Below, in pieces: positions 52,707 through 64,000 of a stretch of DNA of 64,000 nucleotides. The DNA comes from Octopus sinensis (lineage: Eukaryota). The notes beneath the pieces are model-generated. The model was not told the origin of the DNA. It ran no database searches and saw only the letters and a list, made by a program, of their open reading frames with translations. Numbering within the stretch: position 1 is the first letter of the stretch; every line of letters starts with the position of its first letter. Made by a program: the position numbers and the translations under genes. Location: assembly GCF_006345805.1 (NCBI RefSeq), contig NC_042999.1:145266001-145330000 (forward strand). Direction: 5' to 3'.

Positions 52707-53587
52707 CAACCATGTCATAAATAATTTACGTTAAAACCTTAATTGGAATATATATTTTTTTGTAATCACGAAGTTATTTATCGCAATAATTCAACTAAAG
52801 CGGACTCCTTCGATATATTAAACAGCTGTAAAATAGTTTATCTGATGGGTTGAACGGCGTGCAAAGTACTTGTAAAACAAATGATATATTTGTAGAATCG
52901 TTAGTTAAACATGTAGTTTGAATCCTGTTAATGAGTTTTTTCTGTCTCATGACTTCTTATGTCATATAAAGAGTGTATACATACATACATGTATATACAA
53001 AATAGTCGAGCTGATAATATATTAGGCTATAGTTTATATACAGTAAATCATGTCAGGTTTTGTGTTTCTGTGGAGAACACTTAGCTATATTACATTATTT
53101 TAGCAGGCTGTCGAGTATCGTTTTTAAGTTTTCTGTGGGAAAAGTTCAGCAGGGCTGGCTGATTAATTATTGATGTCTTTCAATTGATAGAGGGATGATA
53201 GAACACAAGTCGTGTCCCCCACGGAAGTCCTAGCCTCAGTTAATAAATTTCACTTCAATTATTTATTGTTCCTGTAGTTTCTTCCAGTATATATATCCTT
53301 TAATATAGATAATGATCTAGCAACATCGTCTAAGTTTTGCCATACTACAGGAAATCAAAGAATGTTATTAAGGATTACGTAACGTCCACGCGTATATACA
53401 CATGCTCATGTATTTCGCTTATGAGTTGTGAAAGAACAAATCATCTGCTTCTAACGAACAAAGTCTAATAAATGTGTGAGTATTTATTCTTCTGTACGTC
53501 TATAGAAGTTTATAGACACGAATGTATACATACATACATGCATACATACATACATGCATACATACATACATACATACATACATACAT

Positions 53588-53624
<37 letters not shown>

Positions 53625-54751
53625 TACATACATACATACATACATACATACATACATACATGTCAGCGACAAGTTACAGTATTACAAGGGTAAATTTCAG
53701 AGAAATACTTTCTCTGAATTACCGCTTATAATTTCAGTAATGTGATGGAAACCATGCTGAGCTAAATCTTTGTATAAAAGGAAAAGTCATTCCATGAACA
53801 AGTAATTTGAACGACCTATATCAATTAGCAAAAAGTGTTATGTCTACTTCTTCATTACTTTTGGTTAAACATTAAAGGTAAGTATAAAAAAATATAAGTG
53901 GAACGGACATGCACATTAAATTAATGTCAAGTTCGGGTCCTCAGACACAGTTGTTTTAAAGCAGTCGTCAGCACAAAGCGCAGAAAGTAAAAAGTGGCAA
54001 ACAGCGATCGACAGTCAAAATGTTCAAAATCCGACATAATTCGATTTTTATTGGAATGGTTCATAGATTATAATAATATACAGAATGCGATATATTGATC
54101 CACAAGTATATTTAAAGATCTGATTACCGTTTAATACGTTCTTCATTACCCTCATTACTCTCAATATTGAGAATAGATCTTAAGTTGTGTTTGATTAGTA
54201 TCCGTGAATGATGATGATGATACTGGTATTAGTGATAATAGAAAGTGTAACGATGATAGACTTAGCAGTGTTTTCGTTTGCAACAATCTAGAGGATTATA
54301 ATTGTTTTCTTTGTCTTCATTAAAGAAGTTTATGAGTGCAACGCTAATGAATGTTGAAGCTAAAACAATCACTCATACTAAATATAATTAAAGCGAAAAG
54401 ATAGAAAGAAATTGCATTCGTATCGAGCCTGGACTATACGAGTGTTTACGAGGCAAAGTCAAGGATTTTAAAGCTGTGCGAGTGGAATTTTCTCTTTATG
54501 ATATTTCACTTGATTTCCCATGTGAATTGGGTAATTTAGAATTAGAGATTGTTGGGAGTTAAAAACAAACAGTGGGAGATGGAAGATCGGATACTTTTAT
54601 TAATCATGAATATAGACAGCTTTATGACGCCTAAAGATTTACTGTTTACGTTTAGCCATCATTCAGCAGTTATTTCACTTACTAGCTGAAACAGACATTA
54701 TACAGGTGTACAGAGATGTATGTATATGTACCATATACATACATATATATG

Positions 54752-54783
<32 letters not shown>

Positions 54784-54797
54784 CATATGTATGTATG

Positions 54798-54829
<32 letters not shown>

Positions 54830-54926
54830 TGTATGTATATATATATATATATATATACTTTGATACTTTGATAGGTTTCGGCCATTATTGGCCCAGGCCA
54901 TGTCTAACTTAATAGCACCACCTGGT

Positions 54927-54961
<35 letters not shown>

Positions 54962-55384
54962 CATGTATGTATATTTAATCATTCGACGTCCACCCACCAA
55001 TAGGAATTCATCATGTAGAATTTTAATTGACTTTTACCTTCATATCTCGTATTACTGAACTCTATTCTCCCTCGAATAGATGTATCTCCTCTCACATACA
55101 CGGTTTTCATGTTATATATTTGTTCATTTACATTTTATATCTTATTATTTTTATTATCTATTTTGAAAATTATCTTTTATCATTTTTTATTATTTGAATG
55201 TATAAATATAAACATGTACCCCATCCAAGTCTTATAAGTCACTGTATATACGATTTCGTTTTTGGATGTAAAGTACTGACAACTGAAATTTGTATCTTCT
55301 ACAAAAGATTTTTATTACTCCTTAGCTCATAAACGAGCATAAAAAACTATATACTGAGTATTGTCTCTATTAAAAATTCCTTTA

Positions 55385-55650
<266 letters not shown>

Positions 55651-56564
55651 ATCATGTAAATTTATGTGTATGCATGTATGTACGCATGTATGTATATATT
55701 CATGTATTTACACACAGCATATATATCCTTATATCTATGTATATATACACATATTTAGGTGTGTATGTCTATATTTATATATGCATACATACATAATACA
55801 TACATACATATATATATATATGTATATGATCTTGTATGTAAGTGCATTTTTCTCTAAAACATGGTACGACTCTATAACACTGTTTCTCTCCCTCCCCCCT
55901 CTCCTACATTTCTCAGCCTTTCACACTTTGCACTCCACTTTGACCCGTCTCTTTCTCTCTCTCTCTCTCTTCTCCTCCTCCTTTGTTCCTTGTTCCCTTT
56001 TTCTCTCTTCCTCTGTCCCTCTTTTCTCCCCTCTCTTCTCCTCACACGTGACTAACTTTGGACTGCTGTCCTGCCTTTTCGTGGTCAATGGCCGTCTAGG
56101 TTAGACACATTTCTTTCTCTCTTCGCCTCAAGGCATTTTTTCAATGCGCCAGCTCAAGTTCACCCGTCCTGTCGAAAAGACGCATGTCTGTAATGTCCTG
56201 CTTTTGTTATTATTAGTATCATTATTGTTTTTACGTATTTTCGTATTCTTATTCGTGTTATCATTATTATTTTTACGTATTTTTGTATTTTTATTTGTTC
56301 CCGTCCTTGTTTTGTATACATTCGAGGCTTTCTTCCAAGGAATCTAATGCGCTTGGCTTAGATTTTCCTTTGGGGCTGGCCAGGTCGGAGCAATCTCAAG
56401 ATTAATCAGCCGAAATTGCAAAGATGATCCGGTTCTTGACTGATGATCGAAGGCTTCGAATGTCCCATCCGTTTTTTTGTATCGTCTTCTAAATGTTTTG
56501 CGTTCTTGTCCCAGTTTGTGTTTTTTTACATATACATATAAATATATATATATATATATATATA

Positions 56565-57558
56565 CTAGCAGTATCGCCCGGCGTTGCTCGGGTTTGTAAG
56601 GGAAATAACTATATAAGCATTTTTAGAGAGTTACTTCCCTTATAGATGCCAATTCGGGCTTTCTTAGCCATTTCTGTTTTGGTGTCTTCAAGCCATGAAG
56701 TCGTTGTTCTAAAAGAACGCTGGTCTCCTTGACAACGCATTACGACGTTGATTTCTTTACACTCCCTTCCCCACAGCTTTACGAGGGAGGGAAGGAGGAG
56801 AAGCAAACAGGTGCAGCTGTGAGCGTGGACGCCAACTCTGCCGCCATCGACACACGAAAAATTATGCATTAAAATGGAACAAAAATGATGTTAAATTATT
56901 TTTAAAATCGTAGACTCATCGTTGACGCGCGCTAATACTCAGACGGGCTCGATATGAATCACGACTATAAGATACCCGAATTTGGTTAAACTGCACCGCA
57001 AAATGTGGGAGGAGTAGGAATCTAATCGAAGGGGACAGACACTCACACACTAGAGTTTTATATATATACTAGCAGTATCGCCCGGCGTTGCTCGGGTTTG
57101 TAAGGGAAATAACTATATAAGCATTTTTAGAGAGTTACTTCCCTTATAAATTCGGGCTTTCTTAGCCATTTTTGTTTTGGTGTCTTCAAGCCATGAAGTC
57201 GTTGTTCTAATAGAACGCTGGTTTCCTTCACAACGCATTACGACGTTGAATTCTTTACACTCCCTTCCCCACAGCTTCACGAGGGAGGGAAGGGGGAGAA
57301 GCAAACAGGTGCAGCTGTGAGCGTGGACGCCAACTCCGCCGCCATCGACACACGATGCATTTTATGCATTAAAATGGAATAAAAAATGACGTTAAATTAT
57401 TTTTAAAATCGTAGACTCATCGTTGACGCGCGCTAATACTCAGACGGGCTCGATATGAATCACGACTATAAGATACCCGAATTTGGTTAAACTGCACCGC
57501 AAAATGTGGGAGGAGTTAGGAATCTAAATCGAAGGGGACAGACACTCACACAACTAGA

Positions 57559-57575
<17 letters not shown>
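56565..57575 (-). mobile_element. Head-to-tail pair of ~500-bp non-autonomous Helitrons (56565-57068 and 57069-~57575)
   Basis: On the minus strand each copy ends CCCGAGCAACGCCGGG-CGATACTG-CTAG. The bodies are near-identical. Confidence 0.8.
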
Positions 57576-57645
<70 letters not shown>

Positions 57646-57646
<1 letters not shown>

Positions 57647-57858
57647 TTCTTTACTGCCCACAAGGGGCTAAAGATAGAGGGGATAAAGGGATTAAGTCGA
57701 TTACATCGACCCCAGTGTGAAACTGGTACTTTATTTTATCGACCCCGAAAGGATGAAAGACAAAGTCGATCTCGGCGGAATTTGAACTCAGAACGTAACG
57801 ACAGACGAAATACCGCTAAGCATTTCGCCCGGCGCGCTAACGTTTCTGCCAGCTCGCC
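57646..57858 (-). mobile_element. tRNA-derived SINE
   Basis: Same family as 38640-39140. Confidence 0.85.
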
Positions 57859-58018
57859 TGTATACATACATACATACATACATACATGTATGTATTAATA
57901 TGTATGTATGTATGTATGTAGGTATGTATGTAGTATGTATGTATGTATGTATGTATCATGTATGTATGTTTGTATGTATATATTATAAGATATATATATA
58001 TACATGCATATATACATA

Positions 58019-58095
<77 letters not shown>

Positions 58096-58098
<3 letters not shown>

Positions 58099-59450
58099 CA
58101 TACAATCGCAAGACCTCAGCACAAATTCCATCCTTTCCAGTGCCCTACCAAGATTCAATTTACTTATTGATGTCATTACCTCATCTATTGAGGACGTGGA
58201 ATTTAAGGAGCCAATGATGGGTCTTTGTTGCATAGTATCAATCACTGTTTCATCCACAACTGTCTCATGGTTTAGGAGCTCAGAGAAGTGTTCAATCGAG
58301 CGGCCTGTGATTTCTGTTGATTTAGTAAATAGAGTTGAAGACTCCTTGGAAAGCAAAGGAGCTGATGCGGAGCTCTTAAGCCCATAAACTTGGTTCATAC
58401 GATGCTAAAGCTTCTTGCTGTCATTTGCATCAGCAGCAGCCTGAACATCACGAGCAAGATCCTCCCACCAAGTGTTTTGCATCTTCCTAAGAGATCACTG
58501 CAGTAGTGATTTTACACTGCTTTAGTGGGCAAGTGCTAGATTTCGCTGCACAGCTGAAAGTCCTCTGTGCAACAATACATTGTGGGCATGGCGCTTTACA
58601 GCAAATAACCGTTGAACTTCAGCATCATTTTCATCAAATCAGTCTCTGTGTCAGGTAGTAGCATATCCTAGTGTTTCAGCAGCAAATTGAAGAACCTGGT
58701 CTCGAGAATCTTCCCATGCTACAATATTTTCAATGTTGGACAAGCGAGTCTGAAGCTCTTTCCTCAACACAGAATCATATATCTTGTGGAAATTCATACA
58801 CCGAGGAATGCCTACTGGCCCTCTTCTCTCTTTCACTCTAATCATCCGGAACTTTGCTCGCACCAGTCTGTGGTCTGACCAGCATTCCAGCCCATGAAAG
58901 GACTTGCTATTACTTGCAGATGAAATTATTCAGCAAGTGCCAAACGTTAGACCTTGGATGCTTCCACGTTGTTGTGTGATCACCTTTGTCATTAATATGA
59001 ATGCCTGCAATATAAAGTCCATGTTCATCGCAAAGCTCCAGCAGCATGAGACCATTGCTATTCATTTTCCCTACACCAAAACGTCCTAGATAGTTCCATG
59101 TTTGCCACCCAGCATTGAAATCCCTCCGTAGAACGACTTTATCAGAATTGGGGATTTTCTTAAGTATAGCTCTCAGCTGGGTATAAAAAATACTTTTATC
59201 TTCATCACAACTTGTCAAAGTAGGTGCATAGGTACTTATTAGAGTAGCAAGCCACCCATCTTTCAGGTGCAATCGTAGTCATTTGACATTCATTTATAGG
59301 AAAAGGAAGCCCTCCAACTTCTTGAGGATAATAGATCGAACTGCAAAGCCAACACCAGCCTCTCTGCGCTCCTCCTCCTGCCTCCCCTTCCAAAAAATGG
59401 TGTATCCACCTCCCACTTCCTCAAGCTGACCATTAACTTTTTTGCTTGTC
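58096..59450 (-). mobile_element. RTE (BovB-like) LINE relic, APE to start of RT
   Basis: Encodes LISTYAPTL..FY..KVVLRRDFNA..GRFGVGKMNSNGLMLLELC..TTWKHPRSNVWHL and EHFSELLN. Confidence 0.82.
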
Positions 59451-60494
59451 CGGTATTTCTCGGACGAATTTTTCTAGGTGTAGACTGAATTTTATGAGGT
59501 ATTTTTTCTTAAATTTCTTTCGGAATTATGTTAAATAAAGCAGGAACAGTTGAGATAAGAAAAGTGGGTCGTAATGTTGTTACGTGTTGTGAGAGCGATT
59601 TTTGTAGGGGTCGTAAAGCTCTGCGGTCAAACCTTGTATAACTTGTGAACTTGATACTAGCATCATTCCGACAGGGTTAATGGAATATTTTTAACATTGT
59701 ACAAATCAAGTAGCGACTACAGTGGCTTTGGAGAAAATAACATTTGAGTTTTTCTTTTGCATTTCTCTATCTCAATATTTACTTCATTACTCCAGGTGTG
59801 TCATGACTTAATTTTGTTGTGATCGCGCGCAACACACACACACACACACACACCACACACACACACACAACACACACACACACAAGTATATGTATGTGTT
59901 TGTGTGTGTGTTAGTGTGCGCGAGTATAACTGATTGGTATTGTGATGCGGTGCGCTTGTACCTTAATGAATTTGAACGAAATCAAATGAAAATTGATTTT
60001 CACAAGAAACTCGGTGATGAGTGCAGATAACGTTTGGAATGTAACAACAGGAAATACAAAAATGCTCTTGCTTTACATTGACAACTCTCGCCTTCTGTAT
60101 GTACAATCTATATGCACTGTATATATTATATATAGATTTTCTTTTAAGCTACACACTGTAAAACAGTTTTTGCTTTTCTCTGATAATGCCTTTTTCATAT
60201 TTCGCCACTACTACACATGCACCCATCGAGTAGAAAATAAGAAGTAAGTAGTGTGATACAGAAAAGCAAAAACCGTTTCAAAGTGTACAACGTTAAAGTG
60301 AAGCGGTAAAACAAGAGGTATTTTTAACTGTTTGATGCTATTTCGAGAATTAAGTGAAGTGGAACGAGAAAATACTTTCAGCAAAGAGCATAAACTGAAG
60401 TCATAACGTAACTGTTGTACATACACATCCACACTCACCCACACACGTACATATATACATATATCTTCACACACACATATGCAGTTAATAAAAA

Positions 60495-60720
60495 AAAACT
60501 GAAGAAAAAACACAAGAAAAAACAACACGAGGACGTGGTATATACAAAGTATTAGTAGACGCTCAGGGAAGGAAAGAAAGATAGTTTTACGTTTCGAGCA
60601 AAGCTCTTCTTCAGAAAAAGGAAACAGAGGAAAGTCTAAGAGAAAGGAAGACGGAGGAAAAAAAAATTGCCAACGATCCACATAAAGTTGCATTTTGAAA
60701 TGACCAGGAGGGAATAGGTG
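60495..60720 (-). mobile_element. PLE pLTR fragment with a minimal HHR (60585-60618)
   Basis: The minus strand reads TTT-CTGAAGA-A-GAGC-TTT-GCTC-GAAA-CG-TA-AAA. Confidence 0.65.
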
Positions 60721-60945
60721 AAGAAAAAACTTTCTAAGACAGGAGAGTGTAAGAGAAGGAGGTATCCGTGTGTATGTGTGGGTATGTGCGTGTGCGCAAG
60801 TGTGTGTGTGTGTGTTTGTGTGTGTATGTGTATGTGTAATAGCATGTGTGTTTGTGTGTGGTGTTGGCTGTTTATATATGTATGTGTGAGTGAACTTTGT
60901 TCCTGTTAATGTTGTAGGAAGAATTCAGCAGTATGGTAACAGGAC

Positions 60946-61359
60946 GGCGAGCTGGCAGAAACGTTAGCACGCCGGGAAAATGCGTAGCCGTATTTCGTCT
61001 GCCGTTACGTTCTGAGTTCAAATTCCGCCGAGGTCGACTTTGCCTTTCATCCTTTCGGGGTTGATTAAATAAGTATCAGTTACGCACTGGGGTCGATATA
61101 ATCGGCTTAATCCGTTTGTCTGTCCTTGTTTGTCCTCTTTGTGTTTAGCCCCTTGTGGGTAGTAAAGAAATAGGTATTTCGTCTGCCGCTACGTTCTGAG
61201 TTCAAATTCCGCCGAGGTCGACTTTGCCTTTCATCCTATCGGGGTCGATAAATTAAGTACCAGTTACGCACTGGAGTCGATGTAATCAACTTAACCCGTG
61301 TGTCTGTCCTTGTTTGTCCCCTCTGCGTTTAACCCCTTGTGGGTAGTAAAGAAATAGGT
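60946..61359 (+). mobile_element. Tandem SINE dimer (second unit lacks the first ~45 nt)
   Basis: The body recurs from GTATTTCGTCTGCCG, and both units end AAAGAAATAGG. Confidence 0.85.
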
Positions 61360-61681
61360 AACAGAAGTGGTTGTCTTTTGTATAGTTGTAGGTTTCTTCA
61401 CATGTGTGTGGAGGAAAGGTCCGTAGAAAGGTGTATGGCTGGCAGTTTGAAGTACGTCTATGTACAAACATACATATATATAGGTATGTAGGCATGTACC
61501 AAAGTTTGTATGTTTACTGTATATGTATGTATAGGTTTTTAGGCATGTGTATGTATAAGTAAATATATATATTTTAATGGTGTGAGTTCATTGTAAGTAA
61601 ATATTTTTTATTACAAACGGACATAGATTTAAATTTATTTTACCATTAATTAGTTTACCCTGGGTATACAGATTTTTATAC

Positions 61682-61727
<46 letters not shown>

Positions 61728-61914
61728 TAATGTCAATATATAACTATCTACGCACATATATACACACATATAATGCGTCTCCGTGTGTATTTCTAAATGT
61801 ACAACTTAGTTGTTGCAAGCTAGAAAAGGAAAGAAGAAAAGAAAAAGAAAATCAGAAGATAATAAGTGGTGGGAGAACGAAAAAAGACAGAGAGAGAAAA
61901 ACAGATAAATAGAT

Positions 61915-62830
61915 AGATAAACTTAGGAAGAATCTTATTACATTTTTCCAAAGAATGGTCTTACGGATAACAATAGAAAATAACCTTAATAATGTGTATT
62001 TTCTAGATATTAGATTAGATTTGCAATTAGATAAATTTAAATCCTACAGCGTTTCAAAATGCCGCTCCGTATTATAATAATGCATGAAGATCCAGTATAG
62101 CCAAACTACTTCTAGCAATAATAGAACACGTAGGACTAGAACTAGGAAAGTTATGTGGTTTAATCCGGCATTTAACATTGCCGTAAAAACAAATATAGGT
62201 AGGGAATTCTTAAAACTAGTTTCTAAACATTTTCAAACTAGCCATAAGTTCTATAGAATTTTTAATAGGAGAACGCTGAAGGTTAGCTATTCTTGTTGTA
62301 AAATCTTGGCCTCTTTAATTAATCAACACCAGACGAAAATCATTAGAAGCAACAACAGTGCCAAATTTAACCAGAAGAATTGCAATTTCAAAGATCAGGG
62401 TTGCTGTCCGTTAGGAGGAAAATGTCTTGAGAAAGGAATAGTTTATTGAGCTAAAGTATATATAGATAGCTCACAAGAATACAGAACATACACAAGAGCA
62501 TCGGAAAATTCCTTCAAGACTAGGTTTTATTTCCACTGAAATTCTTTTCGATATCCCGATAACAGGACAGCGAAAACATGTCTGGCAGTTGAAGGAAATT
62601 GCCCTTCCTTTCAATATCAGCTGGGCGGGCAATTTTGAAGAAAGCAGCACCATATAAACATGGAGCATATAGACGACCAGTGAGATGCAATCTGAGTCTC
62701 ACTGAGAAACTTTTCGTCCTGTTCCAGCATAAATATGTACCGAACCAAAGACGAGAGCTTTCAAATTCCTGCAGGCACTTTATGATGGTTAAAATGTCAA
62801 CTGAAAAAATACCGTATGGGTAATTTTTCG
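61915..62830 (+). pseudogene. Truncated PLE (RT thumb, Cys-rich linker, GIY-YIG) of the same broad group as the main element
   Basis: Encodes ITIENNL..FLDIRL, RKVMWFNPAFN..KTNIGREFLKL, CNFKDQGCCPLGGKCLEKGIVY and RCNLSLTEK..NQRRELSNSCRH. Confidence 0.85.
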
Positions 62831-63184
62831 ACTTTTGCATTTGAATTTAGCTTTTACACCGAAAATATCGACATATTACAATGCTGGTACATAATTCGCC
62901 TTCATATTTTACATTCGACGTCCAAGAAAGGCTTCGACTGTTTTGCAAATATAAATTAAAATTTTGCCAGGTTAAATTTTTACTCATTTTTGCTCATTTT
63001 CATATTTAAATGTAAAAATTTAAATTTATATTTTAAAAAATTTATATTTTTAAAATTTATATTGCACTTTATATGATATAATTTATTTATAATTTTCCTA
63101 TTTTGATATTCAATACACCAAACAGTTTTTAATATATTTGTATGCGTATATACATTATGGTGTATATATGTATCTCGATGTGGA

Positions 63185-63265
<81 letters not shown>

Positions 63266-64000
63266 CTCTCTCTCTCTCTCTCTCTCTGTATATTTATATA
63301 TATATATATCTACGTATATATTTATTTGTATATTTGTATGCGTGTCTACATGTGTTTTACCTATTGAATATATGTATGTATTTATGTAGATATGCAAGTC
63401 TGTTTTATATGCGCGTTTGCAAGCTTTCAGAAGTAACTAACATTTCTTAGATACTGTTTGGGAATGACAACTTCCAAATCATTTCTCTCCTTCTCTCTCT
63501 CTCTCTCACTCTCTCTCTCTCTCTACGTCTATCTGTTTTTCGCTTTCTCTTTCTATTTTATCTATCTCTTTTTTTCTTTCTCCCACTACCTATTTTCTGA
63601 TTTTCTTTTCCTTTTTGTTACCTTCTTTCCTTTTCTAAATTGCAGCAACTAAATTGTACATTTAGAAATGCGCACGGTGGCGCATTATGTGCGTTCCACC
63701 TGCCTTCGTCTTTTGTTTATTTTCATAAAGCTTCCCGTTATATATATACGTAGATACCTATATGTACATTAGTATATACATATTTTGCTTGTATTGTATG
63801 TATATGTATGTAGGCATGCACCAACGTTTGTATGTTTATTGTATGTATGTATAAGTTTTTTTGGGAATGTGTATATATAAGTAAATGTATATGTATTGTA
63901 ATGATGTCAGTTCATTGTAAGTGAATATTTTTTATTATATACAGACATAAATTTAAATATTTTAATGATGTTAGTCCTTTGAAAGTGAATATTTTTATTA

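Overview
Eukaryotic, AT-rich, repeat-saturated DNA with no recognisable host exon. It is most likely intergenic or intronic octopus sequence, judged from the tRNA-derived SINE families and the dense (TA)n/(TATG)n microsatellites. Nearly all ORFs in the track are microsatellite translations. The main element is a near full-length Penelope-like retroelement (PLE, 3537-8150). It has an RT + GIY-YIG ORF between two ~975-bp direct pseudo-LTRs, and each pseudo-LTR carries a type I hammerhead ribozyme (HHR) with an unusually long stem II. About ten further HHR or HHR-like motifs sit in PLE fragments and palindromes, several with recurring core variants. Also present are an ORF1-only (HAL1-like) L1/Tx1-type element with a 15-bp TSD inside a SINE head, RTE, CR1/L2 and R4/Dong-type LINE relics, Helitrons, Tc1/mariner relics and MITEs, and a Merlin-like MITE. 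All calls come from reading the sequence; no alignment or folding program was run.
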